From Andalucia godoyi And28 (taxonomy: Eukaryota > Protista > Jakobida): a stretch of DNA of 64,000 nt. The translations under genes were made by a program, and so were the position numbers. Every line of letters begins with the position of its first letter. Within the stretch, counting starts at the first letter, position 1. The stretch lies in assembly GCA_009859145.1 (NCBI GenBank), contig VRVR01000002.1:192304-256303 (forward strand), given 5' to 3'. Shown piece by piece: positions 44,626 through 56,400 of this stretch. The notes below the pieces were generated by a model that worked only from the letters and a program-made list of their open reading frames with translations, was not told where the DNA came from and ran no database searches.

Positions 44626-45948
44626 CTAGTTCGCAGAGAGCTCTTTGTACGCTTTTTGGAGAGCGTAAAAAGCAGGTCTTGGCTGCGCTTGCTTGTCAAG
44701 GACGCCCCAGTTGTCGTCAATTGCTCCAAAAAGTTTTGCGAAGCGTGTGCGGACGTAGTTCCAGTGATTAGGTTCGGCCATCCAAAGTGCAATTGGAATC
44801 GCGTTGCTATCGAGATACGCTTCTCCAACGAGCTTCATTGCCTCTGCATCGTCCAGGGTAAAGTAGCCACCGGGAGGAATCATGCCAGCAGTCGGCGTTG
44901 TGCTGAACCAGATAACCCCGGACCCGCCTGCCCTTTGGATTGCATAGACCGTCTGGTATGCATAGTCTGCTTGATTGCCATCTGAGAAGTTGAGATACAT
45001 TGAAAGCGACTTGTTCGTCTGCAATGACTCGGCGACAAGCGGATACCCAGTCTCCATCACCAGAACTTGTTTGGTGGGCATTCCGAGCTTGGAGAGCGCC
45101 TGCCTGCACAGCTGAACACGCTCTCCGACAATTTCGGGATGAATCGGCTCTGCAACCAACATGTTTGGATAGGCATCAATCGCAATGAAGTCCAGCAAGT
45201 GCGCCCACCAGTCCAGAGCATCCAGATAAAATCCAGGCAAGAATGCGATTTCATGGAACTTTTTCGAAATGTCCGTGTGGAAATTCATCGTGACTTGGGA
45301 CTGAGGGGACTCGGTCAGCACGGCTTCACGCAGCACCTCCAAGACCGTCGTCAAAAACTTTGGCTCCCTCCACACATTATTCGCTATTTTTTCAATTCGC
45401 TGGCCCGCGAATCCTGCAAGATATGCCTCATTGAGCTCGTTCTCAATCTGCCACAAGCGAACATTGTACGGTGCGGCAGAGTATCGCCGCGCAGTCGCAC
45501 GTGCCACAATGTACATGTAGCCCAGATACACCTCGACTCCCACAACATTCGGATCAAACAACTCTTCTGTTCCATTTCGATTGATTCTAGGAAGCCCAAA
45601 GACAGTTCCTTCAAACACTTCAATAATCGGCGTAATGCTTCCTGTTTGCACCACCGATCCAACATAATGGTCCATCGCAGCCCAGTTCTGCGCACTGCTC
45701 CATTCCGAAATTAAAGACAGATTCGACCGAACCTTGTCCACTGTCATCAACGGATTCCACTCGTCCATTCTGCCCTGTGTATACCGCCACAGCACATACA
45801 ATCGCGCATGCGTGCTTCCGAGCTGCACTGCTGCCGGGAGATCCGACAGGCTCCCAGACACACTTGTCCCGACCCAAAACGACCCGTCTGCACTGCAAAT
45901 CACTCCAAGGAGCGACAATGCTGCCAGAAACAGCCCCATCGCTCTCAT
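44626..45948 (-). CDS. Secreted clan GH-A-like glycoside hydrolase (TIM barrel)
   Basis: Signal peptide MRAMGLFLAALSLLGVICSA from ATG 45948; WQIENELN (acid/base), DFIAIDAYP, VLVMETGYP (nucleophile), WGVLD...PRPAFYAL. Confidence 0.7.
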   Translation of the reverse strand: MRAMGLFLAALSLLGVICSADGSFWVGTSVSGSLSDLPAAVQLGSTHARLYVLWRYTQGRMDEWNPLMTVDKVRSNLSLISEWSSAQNWAAMDHYVGSVVQTGSITPIIEVFEGTVFGLPRINRNGTEELFDPNVVGVEVYLGYMYIVARATARRYSAAPYNVRLWQIENELNEAYLAGFAGQRIEKIANNVWREPKFLTTVLEVLREAVLTESPQSQVTMNFHTDISKKFHEIAFLPGFYLDALDWWAHLLDFIAIDAYPNMLVAEPIHPEIVGERVQLCRQALSKLGMPTKQVLVMETGYPLVAESLQTNKSLSMYLNFSDGNQADYAYQTVYAIQRAGGSGVIWFSTTPTAGMIPPGGYFTLDDAEAMKLVGEAYLDSNAIPIALWMAEPNHWNYVRTRFAKLFGAIDDNWGVLDKQAQPRPAFYALQKAYKELSAN

Positions 45949-46293
45949 TCTATTTCTTCTTCTTTCTCTTTCCTTCTTATTCGTTCTCTCTCTAACCCCA
46001 AGAAATATACTTGTATTGTCATCGTCGCCCAAACGTGTCTTTTTTTGAAGGTGTTCAGTAACTCCTGTTGGCACTACGGCCGTGTAGGCACTCGGAAGTG
46101 CAGACACGAGCAGGTTTTTATAATTTATAAAACCTACGATATTTTTTTAAGCACGAAAACAAGGCTTTGTGTGTGCATGTGTGTCCTTTTCACTTTTTAT
46201 TTTTTTGGTCTTCTTGTTTTTCTTGCTTCCCCCCTTCCATCTGCTTGCCGAACCGAGTAGAAGTGGCAAGACGAGAGAGCAAAGGAATAGTGG

Positions 46294-46454
46294 GTGATGT
46301 TTGAAAGAGTGGAGGATTTTGAGACGTTCGAGCTTACTGGATGCCATAAAGGGGCAGTTCTCTCGCTTTCTTTTCTGGGTGCCGATTCAGCATTGCTTGC
46401 AGCGGCCTCTGCGGACAAGTCAGTTTCGTTCTGGAATCTTGCTTCTCCCTCCTC

Positions 46455-46485
<31 letters not shown>

Positions 46486-47391
46486 GTCTGGACACCGCTT
46501 GCAACTTTACATGCGCACAAAAGCGCGGTGACACAGATTGTGTCCGTCAGCGAGTCGTTGTTTGCGACAAGCTGCGCGGATTTTTCGGTTCGATTGTTTG
46601 ATATCGAGTCGTTTTCGACGATTCGCAGGTTCCAGGGCCATGAAAAGATCGTAAATTGTGTTGCGACAGTGGATGCAGAACAGTCGGTGCTGGTTTCTGG
46701 ATCAGATGATGGGTTTGCGTGTGTGTGGGAACCGCGGACGAAAGGACCAGCGCTGCAAATTCGGCATTCTGCAAGTGGCATTCAGCCGTCGGTCACCGAA
46801 ATACCGGTGCTGGCGGTTTGTGCAGCGGCTACCATAGGGGCGTCTTCGGAGGCGGAAGCGGTTGCGACGGAATCTGAAAAAGTCGGCTCAGTGAACACGG
46901 GGTCGATTCAGGAGTCATTGGTTATTACCGCTGGAATCGATGGGATGTTGAACGTGTATGACATTCGAAACCCATTCGTTCCGCTGCATTCGCTGCACGG
47001 TCACTCAGATGCAGCATGCGGGCTAGCGAGGAATCCGATAACCAGGTCTGTCGTTTGTTCGCGATCCTTTGATTCAACGGTGCGGATATGGGATCTGAGT
47101 TCCGCGGATCCTCTTGGATCCTCACTTTGGTTCAACCATCTCGGCTCGGGCATTGATCGTTATCCGGTGCGCGCTTCATGGAGCTCCGACGGACGCATGA
47201 TTGCGACTGCAAGCGACAACAACCTTGCAATTCTCGATACAGTGTCACATGCACCGGATGCAGTGCTGCCGGGCCACAAGGGTCTTGTGACCGATGCTCG
47301 GTTTTCGTCAGACGGAAGGTGGATCGCTTCGAGCAGCGTTGACAGGTCGATTGTGGTTTGCAGGATTGCAAAACCATTGAGTATTCTGTAA
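46294..47391 (+). CDS. SNRNP40: WD40 protein, U5 snRNP 40-kDa (SNRNP40)-like
   Basis: Seven WD repeats with GH.KIVNC, LVSGSDDG, AGIDG....YDIR, RASWSSDG, LPGHKG in the SNRNP40 order. Confidence 0.7.
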
Positions 47392-47562
47392 GAAAAGGAA
47401 AACATGCGCGGATATCTGACCTACAGCCTCATGAAATGGTTACCGATACTTTTACATGTTAGAACGCAGTTTTGTGTGCGTTTTGCGCTATTTGACAATT
47501 GTCCACGCCGCTGGTCGGATTCGGGTTGCGTGAGCAAGCAGTTTTTTTTTCCTGCTCTGGTT

Positions 47563-49410
47563 TTAGTAAGTAGCAACACCGGCCTGGCGGGCGAGCTGCT
47601 GCACAAGAGATCGTGTGCCGGAAAGCATGTTTGCACGATCCACGTACATGCGTATCCTTTTTGCAAATTGGACGAATTCCGGATTTTCGTCGGAGCGAAG
47701 GCGCTTTCGATTGGCATGCAGTTGTTCCAAGCGTTGATCGAAAGCCTCCTTTTCGCGAAGCGCGGTGACGAGCACGGCACGGGCGTTTGCCAATCTTTTC
47801 ATTTCGCGATCCTCGATTTCTGTTCTTCGAGTGTCGCAATCGTCACGGATAAGCTCGAACGCGTTTGCCTTGCTGTGCACTCCGGTTTCCAGTACTGACA
47901 GTTCGTACTGCTTTGCCTTGATCAGTTCTTGCGTTCTGTGTATCTGCTCACGAACGGCGCACTCCTTGTCATCCATCTCTCGCTTCATCGACTGCATTCT
48001 GTACTCTAGATCGTCGATCTCCTTCTGCATCGCCATCTGCGTTTCTGCGGGCTTGTCGATACTGGATCCTGTTTTTGTGATTGCCGCGACCGCAAGGTTG
48101 TACGATGACTTCAGCTCTGCGATCTCTGCATCCACTTTGGAGGCTTTGTGGAGTAAAAGTTCTTCCTGTTCTTTCGAGTTTTTCAGCTGTTTCGCCACCA
48201 AGGTGAGTTCCTCTTCTAGCTGCCGAATCCGTTCCGTCTCTCGAATTTCCTGGATGTACAGATGGTGTTCAGCATTCTCGTTGGCGACAGCGACCTCATC
48301 CAAACTGCCGGGATGCTTCTGGATTGCAGGTGACGCGGGGAAGTCGTGCGATGCAGGGACCGAAAGAACAGGCGCCGAAGGAGCTGGAGGCGAAGCGGGC
48401 ACATCCATGGAATCCGGAAACATTTGCTGTGACGCGGATTTTGCATTGGGAGTACGTGCGAGTCGCTCACCTGCCAACCGAACCTTTGCAACCGGCTGCG
48501 GAGTCGCAGGAGGTGCGTTTTCCTTGTCTAGTCGAGAAGGCGTTCGCACAGCACGTGGTGGTTTTTTCGCGGATACCGGGGTCTTTGGTGCGTTCATTGA
48601 CGACGACTGCATCGCAAAACCAGCTGTGGAGGTCGGAACATCTGTCATTGGTACGCTGGAAGAATTCTGACTTTGGAGAGGTTGATAATTCTGCAGTGTG
48701 CTGGAGGTGACAGCAGCAGATGATGACGAAGAACTTGACGGTGCTGGTGCTGATGCTGATGCTGACGCTGGTGCTTGAATTGGAGTTCGTGCAAGAGAAC
48801 GCCCTGGCCGCACGGGCTCCACCTGCTCACGTCCCGGAGTCCGCGGTGCATCCGAAGCACCCGATGCGCTCGAACTGGAATTCTTGGTCGGCGTTCTCAT
48901 AATCCTGGAAGCCCTTGGCTGGAACGGATTCTCTGCAGCTTCAAAGTTCAGCGCATGCACAACGTTTTGCGACGGCAGCGTGTCTCGCTTGACGGGTGCG
49001 TGTTTCTTTGCCGACGCAGAGTTTCCACCTTCCCCTTTTCCTTTCGAGTTGGAGTTGTGTAGACTATGGGCTTTCCCACTTGGAAGCTTCCCATGGTGCT
49101 TTGTTTCGACCTTTTCCAACAGCGACTCGACAGCACGAAGGACTTTCGATCGCTTGTTCTTCTTGTCGAGGTCCTCCACAGACGAAACGTAGTGTCCAAG
49201 TTCAAGGATTCGCAGATTTCGGAGCAGATTCTTTGACGAAATGGCCTCGGATATGGATGTTGCATCCCATCCCATTTCTGGATCGTACTTTTGAAACACA
49301 GTCCCAAACAGATTCAAAAAGTCTGTTCGCGACGGATCTGCACTGATCCGTTTAATGAGCTCTGCATCACAACCAATTTTTTTCAAACGCCCGTTCAAAG
49401 CATCATCCAT
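47563..49410 (-). CDS. Hypothetical protein: folded N-terminus, Pro/Ser-rich linker with SP/TP sites, C-terminal coiled coil
   Basis: 615-aa ATG ORF; composition only. Confidence 0.7.
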   Translation of the reverse strand: MDDALNGRLKKIGCDAELIKRISADPSRTDFLNLFGTVFQKYDPEMGWDATSISEAISSKNLLRNLRILELGHYVSSVEDLDKKNKRSKVLRAVESLLEKVETKHHGKLPSGKAHSLHNSNSKGKGEGGNSASAKKHAPVKRDTLPSQNVVHALNFEAAENPFQPRASRIMRTPTKNSSSSASGASDAPRTPGREQVEPVRPGRSLARTPIQAPASASASAPAPSSSSSSSAAVTSSTLQNYQPLQSQNSSSVPMTDVPTSTAGFAMQSSSMNAPKTPVSAKKPPRAVRTPSRLDKENAPPATPQPVAKVRLAGERLARTPNAKSASQQMFPDSMDVPASPPAPSAPVLSVPASHDFPASPAIQKHPGSLDEVAVANENAEHHLYIQEIRETERIRQLEEELTLVAKQLKNSKEQEELLLHKASKVDAEIAELKSSYNLAVAAITKTGSSIDKPAETQMAMQKEIDDLEYRMQSMKREMDDKECAVREQIHRTQELIKAKQYELSVLETGVHSKANAFELIRDDCDTRRTEIEDREMKRLANARAVLVTALREKEAFDQRLEQLHANRKRLRSDENPEFVQFAKRIRMYVDRANMLSGTRSLVQQLARQAGVATY

Positions 49411-49719
49411 CTTCCCTCTTTCTTTCTTCCTCTATTCTCTCTCTTTTCTCTCAACAAAGACTGCAAAAGCAAAATATGAAAAATCACACACAGCCAGAAT
49501 TTCGGCAACACACACAAGCGACAGGAGAAAAAGCAAGCTTAGAAAACAAAAACCCACACACACCGATTGTAAGTTTTTAACGGTCCCTTCTGAAATTGAG
49601 ACCAGAAGTTTCCCGAGTTGATGCTTCTTTTGTCTCGTTTTTTTCCTTTGCTTGAAAGCGCAAGGAATCGAATGTTCTTCTATCATCCTCTAATGAATAT
49701 TTATTAGATATCAGAAGAA

Positions 49720-50106
49720 ATGGCAGATTCTCGAAATCCGCGTGTGGATACGTTTATTCATCATTCTCTGAACCGCGTCGAGGCCTTTTCGAGTTTTGTT
49801 TACTGGATGCGCCGAAACCGATCGGAGTATGTGACGTTTTCAAACACGGAGAAGCTCCAAGCACGCAATGAGATTCGGAAGCACGTCGACGAAGCACATC
49901 CGCCAACAGCAAAGATCTATCGGTTTCTAGAACTTGACGATGCGTTTGAAATCGAGTTTGTCGAGCTTGTCGAGAGTCCACCGGCAACGCTGCACGAGCT
50001 CAAACGAGCGCTTTTGGCGGAGTTTCGAAACTCGGAACCATGGCCTGCGACAGAGTGGGAAGGCAAAATTGTCGTTGTTTGGCCCGGGGACGCAAATCCG
50101 GTCTAG
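49720..50106 (+). CDS. Hypothetical protein (128 aa)
   Basis: ATG ORF with globular composition between AT-rich spacers. Confidence 0.5.
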   Translation: MADSRNPRVDTFIHHSLNRVEAFSSFVYWMRRNRSEYVTFSNTEKLQARNEIRKHVDEAHPPTAKIYRFLELDDAFEIEFVELVESPPATLHELKRALLAEFRNSEPWPATEWEGKIVVVWPGDANPV

Positions 50107-50279
50107 ACAGTAGGCACACCACACACAGGACACACATACTTACGCGGAAATACAATACAATACAACACAGTGAAATACTTGCATGCATTACGTTTTCTCG
50201 TTTTTTTTTGTTTTCTTCATATTTTTTTAAATTTAAATATTTTTCTTCTTTCATCCACAACTCAAATAGCGAGTGTAGA

Positions 50280-50684
50280 TTAAGAGAGTTGGTCGACTAG
50301 ATTTCTATAGATGTGGAATGCGGAAGGTGCAAAAGCAATGCTTTCTGCGAGAACCCAGTCTCTGGATGCAACCGAGAACAGGCAGAAGCTGATTCTCGAA
50401 CCAAACATTGCGTATGCCCAGTTCCCCTTTTCGTCTCCAACATCAATCCGAATGTTCGGTTCCAGTACTATCTTCTGGAACTGCGACACATTGAACAAGA
50501 GTGTGCTTTTCTCATCAATGGGGCGGTAATAGGAGGCGGTGTGGGGCTGCAGAATCAGAATGCCTTCAACTGGGGGCACACGAAGCATGGTCGTCGATGA
50601 CACTACTCTTGTCACAGCTCCATTCGAGTATGCATCTTGAACATTTTCGCTGTCTTCTTCCAAACGAGGTCTCTTCAAGGACAT
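50280..50684 (-). CDS. Hypothetical protein (134 aa)
   Basis: ORF with an NLS-like KRPR start and a beta-rich body; no family recognised. Confidence 0.45.
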   Translation of the reverse strand: MSLKRPRLEEDSENVQDAYSNGAVTRVVSSTTMLRVPPVEGILILQPHTASYYRPIDEKSTLLFNVSQFQKIVLEPNIRIDVGDEKGNWAYAMFGSRISFCLFSVASRDWVLAESIAFAPSAFHIYRNLVDQLS

Positions 50685-51081
50685 TGTGTTCGCGTCGTCT
50701 TCGCGTCAATGAACACAACAAGTGTACACTGGTATCCGAAAGTACGTCGCCTCCAGTGATTCCGACCGTCGTTTGTGCTGCATACGCACGTGCAGAACTG
50801 CTCTTGTGAGTTGGGTTGTGGCGTTTCTTTTCTGAAATTACGACTGGGATCACGAGCAGCACTTCAAAACGATTCCAGGTAGGTTTTAGCAGCAGCCAGT
50901 GGCAATTGTCATTTACTGTCTCTCTCCCTCCCTCCCTCACTCGTTCGCTCATTCGCTCATTCGCTCATTTGTTATTCTTCATTTCCCATTCATTGGCGGT
51001 AGTTTGTTAGCGTGGGGTTTTACGCAGTCGAACACCCGTGTCGGCGTCGGCATCGGTCCGTAAGAGGACAACGGACACATC

Positions 51082-52200
51082 TCAGTCCATTTCTTCAACA
51101 GTTCTCTTGATCCCGGAGATCGCACCAGCATCGGCAGCAACGGGTCTGAGCTTCTTCAGATATGCCAGAACAAATTCGCCGATCCACGGGACGTTCTTGT
51201 ACAGCGGCAAGTATGTTTTCGCAACATGCTCGAACAGCAGAGGACTTCCTTGTTCGTCCGCACGAACCAGTAGCTCAGGAAAGCGCACGTATACGGACTC
51301 TCCGAGCTTCAAATGCGCTGCATTGCACAAGTGGACAATGAGCGGGCTTCCATGAAATGTCTGCAACTTGCGGTTCTTGTTGCCTCCAGCTTTCAAGTAC
51401 ATGTCCAAACACCGCATTAAAAACAATCCTATGATTTCGCTTTTTTGGCGAGTCGATCGGAAGCCGGAACGACTGGCGTGCTTCAAGATCTGCATGACCG
51501 CAATGTTGGATGCCACGTCGAAAGCTTCAACGTCCGAAGGGAGCCCCGTCAGAAACTCTGCGAGCTTATTGAACTTTCCAGTTTGCGCATATACACTAAT
51601 CATATCGAGTGAATCAACCGAATGTAATACATGAAGCTTGGGAAAGGATGCTAATGCAGCATCCACCGTTCTGCAGTACAGATTCAGCACATCAATGTCG
51701 ACTGGTTTCTCCTCCTGCTCTTCCTCGTTCCCCTTCCCCTTCCCCTTCCCCTCCTCCTCCTCCTCCTCCTCCTCCTCATCATCATCATCATCATCATCAT
51801 CAGCCTTCTCCACTTCTGCATGTGTTGGTACGGTTTCTACACGGCTCGTCGAAATCTTTGGAAAAGAAGAAATGACGGCAGAAAAGATATGATCGAGAAA
51901 TATCGATGAAGAAGGGACGTCGACAAGGGGTGCAGCATCCGGACGAAACGTCATGACGAACTCGATCAGCTGGACAATATAGTCGAATTGGCGAAGTTTT
52001 AAGAACTGATTCACGGCTCGCACAACAAGCCGTCCTACATGATCGAACTTTCGTGATAAAAACGTCTTGTTGATAAGCGATCGGTAAGACTGATATGCTT
52101 CATAGTACGACTTGGACACAATCAGCGAATCAATCTTTTCGAGCTGTGAGTTTAGTGTTGGCGCTGGCCGTCCTGTGCTTACGGTCGCCGATGTCGACAT
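51082..52200 (-). CDS. GET4-like (tail-anchored protein targeting factor)
   Basis: LEKIDSLI...SYYEAYQSYRSL resembles GET4 YYEAHQ.YRTL; the C-terminal F.H....Y.P.Y......EFV helical region is compatible; acidic insert. Confidence 0.6.
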   Translation of the reverse strand: MSTSATVSTGRPAPTLNSQLEKIDSLIVSKSYYEAYQSYRSLINKTFLSRKFDHVGRLVVRAVNQFLKLRQFDYIVQLIEFVMTFRPDAAPLVDVPSSSIFLDHIFSAVISSFPKISTSRVETVPTHAEVEKADDDDDDDDEEEEEEEEEGKGKGKGNEEEQEEKPVDIDVLNLYCRTVDAALASFPKLHVLHSVDSLDMISVYAQTGKFNKLAEFLTGLPSDVEAFDVASNIAVMQILKHASRSGFRSTRQKSEIIGLFLMRCLDMYLKAGGNKNRKLQTFHGSPLIVHLCNAAHLKLGESVYVRFPELLVRADEQGSPLLFEHVAKTYLPLYKNVPWIGEFVLAYLKKLRPVAADAGAISGIKRTVEEMD

Positions 52201-52571
52201 TTCCTCTCGTCCTTCTTGTTCTTCTTTGGTTTTATTCAGCTGTTCCGGTCGTTCGGCAAATTCGAAAACCCAGAAAAGAAGACCATGGAAGACGAGAGTG
52301 CAGCACTGTTAATCACATGAGCACTTCCCATCAAACCCATGAGATTATGGATATGGACTACAGTAGGAATTCTGCAACTTTCATCCCCCCCCGATTGCTC
52401 GTCTTGTCGCATGCTGCTGCATTATCCGAGTGAATGCTTTTTAAACAGAAAATAATAATAATAAAAATACAAAAACAAAAAAACAAAAGATATATATGCT
52501 GCATTGGAATAGGTGCAGAAGGAGATTGATAGGAGAGGAGAAGAATAAGAGAGTGGGTAAAAAGGTTCAAA

Positions 52572-53423
52572 ATGAAGAAAAGGTGCATTTGGGGGTTGGG
52601 ATGGGCGCTTTTCTGTATGCTTGTTTTCCAGAATGCGGTTGCATCGCGATCGCCAACGGTTTGTGAGCTGCTCGTGTTGGAGTCTCAGTCGTGGTCGATT
52701 CCATTCAAAAAGATTGGAAATACGTTCTTTATTTCCGATACGGACGATGATGGAGTGTTCCTCAAGCGCCTGTGGAACAGCTCTGCAATTGCTTCCGGTT
52801 CGGATTTGCACAGAATGCTGATGACGAAAGCACATGTTCATCTCAACTTGTCGCTTTCAGAGGCACCGATTAGTGTCTTCAATGATTCCCACTGGAATGG
52901 CCTGCTGTCCAGCGGTCCCTCTTCTGCGATTTCGTTCGCGGATGAGATTGCGGCGAATCATAGTTTTACTGTAGTGACTGCGTTTTCGCAGACGTGCAGC
53001 ATATGCTTGGAGCACCTTCCTCACATCATCCAGGCCTCGACGTTCTTTCCGTCGCATGTGTGCTCGATTGCGATTGATGTCTTGCGAAACGATCAGATCC
53101 GCACCCTGCTCAAGGTTATAGAGTATCCGAGTGTGTACTTTCTGCTTGATGGAACCCTGAAGACTGCGTACAGTGATGCGTTGGCGACGGCTCCTCTTGT
53201 GCGAGCGGTTTGCGACTTCGCCGTGCATGTGCCTGGCGTTGCTTTGGAACACATGAGCAACTTATCAAGCACCGAGCTTGAAGCCCAGAAGCGGCAATTG
53301 GTGGAGCTGGACATCATTCGAGAAGGAGATACAGTGTTTATGGTTTTCGCGGTTCTGGGTCTCGTGTTCAACGTACTCTACAAATTCATCCCGTACGTTC
53401 GAGCAAAGCTGAAAAGAGAGTAA
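52572..53423 (+). CDS. Type I membrane thioredoxin-fold protein (TXNDC15-like)
   Basis: Signal peptide; VTAFSQTCSIC...IAID...YPSVYF thioredoxin fold; C-terminal TM followed by a basic tail. Confidence 0.55.
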   Translation: MKKRCIWGLGWALFCMLVFQNAVASRSPTVCELLVLESQSWSIPFKKIGNTFFISDTDDDGVFLKRLWNSSAIASGSDLHRMLMTKAHVHLNLSLSEAPISVFNDSHWNGLLSSGPSSAISFADEIAANHSFTVVTAFSQTCSICLEHLPHIIQASTFFPSHVCSIAIDVLRNDQIRTLLKVIEYPSVYFLLDGTLKTAYSDALATAPLVRAVCDFAVHVPGVALEHMSNLSSTELEAQKRQLVELDIIREGDTVFMVFAVLGLVFNVLYKFIPYVRAKLKRE

Positions 53424-53484
53424 CAGACGACAACAAAACAAACAAAAAAAAGAAAAAGAAAAGAAAAGAAAAGAAAAACGTGAT

Positions 53485-56400
53485 TCACAGTTGTTTTTCG
53501 ATGGATGACTCGACAGGGAGCATTTTTTCAACTGTCTTCTTCATGTGGACCACCGTTTGAAAATGCGTACCGCACCTTGCGTCAAACGACACTGCGATCC
53601 GATTCATGGATCGGGAATCCAGCGCTTTCAACTGCATCGAGTGCGAAACTACGAAAATGCTTCCGAATCGCGATGTGAGGTCCCAAAACATGTCCAGGAT
53701 CGCGAGCTGACCATTATCGTCGAGGGAATCAAATACCTCATCAAGCATGAGGAACCGCGGCTGGAAGGTAGCGTTCAGACGAAGAACTTCGAAGAGCGCA
53801 AAAAGAATGCACAAATCCACTCGCTTTCGCTGGCCTGCACTTCGCTTTCCAATGTCGCCAAGAAGCTTCAGCTGCGAATCAAGTTTGACCGTCAGCGGAA
53901 TTGTCGTGTTGCGAAACAACAACGCAGAGTATTCTGCTAGAATTTTGTTCAGCGTCTCGACAGCGGACTTGAGAATGAACGACCGCAGCGTCGCTGGGAC
54001 GTCTGCGTTCGGTCCAGAAGATTTTCTTCCTCTATCAAGAGCTTCCATCCAGAATTCAAGCTCATTCTTCTTGTCAGCAAGGTCTGAGACGGCCGTTTCT
54101 TGTGTGGAAATGCGAGACGCCTCATCCCTGGATTTTTCCAACAGCGTAGACATCTGCGAGTTGGTTCGCCGCACTTCATCCTGCAGGAATGTCAACCTTG
54201 CTTGGGCTTTACTGAGCGAAGTGAGTGTTGCCTGGAAATCCGAAAGCGCCTGTTTGTTTCGTGTCTGAATTTCAGTAAATCGGCGTTTTCGCAATTCCGC
54301 AATGCTTTCATGTCGCTGCGGCTGTGGCTGTGGCTGTCCCGCATTCTGGATGCATTGCACTGGAGTTTCATTGCCATCAGGAATGCAAGAACTTCGTACC
54401 GACACCAAACAATCGTGGAGACGCTGATTTGCACTGTGCACTGCAACAACGACAGGGCTCCCCTGGGTTTCAATGCAGTCTTCAAGCCTCTGCCATTTCT
54501 GTATGTAGGCTGCAAAAGCACTATGGACGTCTAGAAATAGGCTTCGTTTCAAATGCAGCGAACTCGGTTGCTGGTGCACATGCGTGCGTTGTGCCTCATG
54601 CTGCAGCAGGCCCCGGCGCTGCAAAGGATGGACATCATTCATATTCATAGCATCACCATCACCATCACCATCAGTCACACCAGAAATCGACAAGGCGGAA
54701 AACAATGCATCCGATTGTGCAGCATTCTCCTGCAAGCCTGTCTGGAGCACAGCCAGCTTCCCTTCCATAGTCGAAACCATCGTCTGCGACTCGGCAATGT
54801 GCAATTGCAATTCTTGCTGAGAGCTGGAAAGCCGTTGAAATTCGAATTCCGAATCCCGAACGACACGACGGTATTCCAAGAGTTGAACGCGTGCTCGCTC
54901 ATGTGCTTCTTCCGTTTGCCGCAACTGCGCTCTGCAAACAATGTGTGCGTCATCCAGGTCGCCGAGCCCAAAGATCTTTTCGACAAACAACACGCGATCC
55001 TTGTGACCAGCAGAAGCAAAATAGCTTGACAAAATTTCTTCAGAGACAATCACCGATCGAGAAAAGGTGTCAAAATCGATTCCCAGCAAGTTCAGCGAGA
55101 TGTCTTCATCCGAGGCTCCAACCGTCCCCTTTGAAAATCTTGAGAGCTCCACATTGTCCTGAAAAACAGTCACCTGATTGACACGAGATGATCTGTTCCT
55201 ACGTCGCTCAATTTCGAACCCATTTCCGAAAGAAACGCGCACCACGCACGCTGACTCTGCATCACAACTGTCGTTGACAACATCCTTAATCGCCATATCG
55301 GATCGCAGAAGCTTGCCAAACAAACACCAAGAGATGGCTTCCATTATCAGAGACTTCCCGGCACCATTCATGCCTGTAACCATCCAAACCGCATCTGAAG
55401 ATGCTGAGAACTCCAATACATGTTCTCCTTTGCACGACATAAAGTTGGTAATTCCAACTCGTTTTAAATCTGCAACAAAACCTCGTGCATTACTGACATT
55501 AGCGCCACCCCCCGAACGACCTTTCCCCTGCTGAGCGTTCGAGAAGAGACGCTCTCCAGCGGCAATACAGCGAGATTGAAAGCTCATCGGGGACGTAGAC
55601 AGTGCAGAATGCACAAAGTTTTGAACCATGCTCGACAGCCATTCCTCCCGACGAAGCGGAACGGCGGTTCCTGAACTCGTACGATCCCCAACGGAAACGT
55701 TGAATTGCTGGCGCGCAGTCATTTTCGACAGCCACATCGGCTGCACTCGACTCGATATTGTTCCAAGATCACGAATAATGTCCTGTATTCGATTACGATC
55801 CAGCGACGGTTCTGTAACGACTGCCGTCACGGCTTTTCCTCGGAAATCCGTCCGTGTCAAAAGAGCGTCCATATCCGCTTGCGAACTCACAGAAACGTGG
55901 CGAAATACGTCCCATTTTGGATTCAAAATGCGCTGTACGTCATTTCGGACAGGGTCAAACACCAAGACTCCGCGTGGATCACCAGCGTCCCCGAAATGAT
56001 GTTGCAGCGGAGCGCCCACGTACATTATTTCGGGCCGGACACACTGATGCACATGAAAATGTCCAGAAAACGCCATTTTGAACCCATCAAGATAATGGCC
56101 TCTTTGGCTCGCGGGCTTTTCTTGTGACACTTCCGCAGGGCCGGTCTCAAGAGCACGATGGTCCTCCAACAATCGATGTGTGTAGGAAATTTCCGCAGAA
56201 GACAGCAACCTGGAGACATCAACACGCCTGCTGATCTTTGCTCCCGGAATTTCAGCATGTGCAAACGCAACTGCCCTCCGCTTTGACTCTGCATCCGGAA
56301 AATGAGCATGTACGAACCTTGCCAACGCATCATCCCTGAGCGCATACGGCAACATTGCGCACTGCACGCCATCGATAACCACGATGGATGGCTCTTTGTA

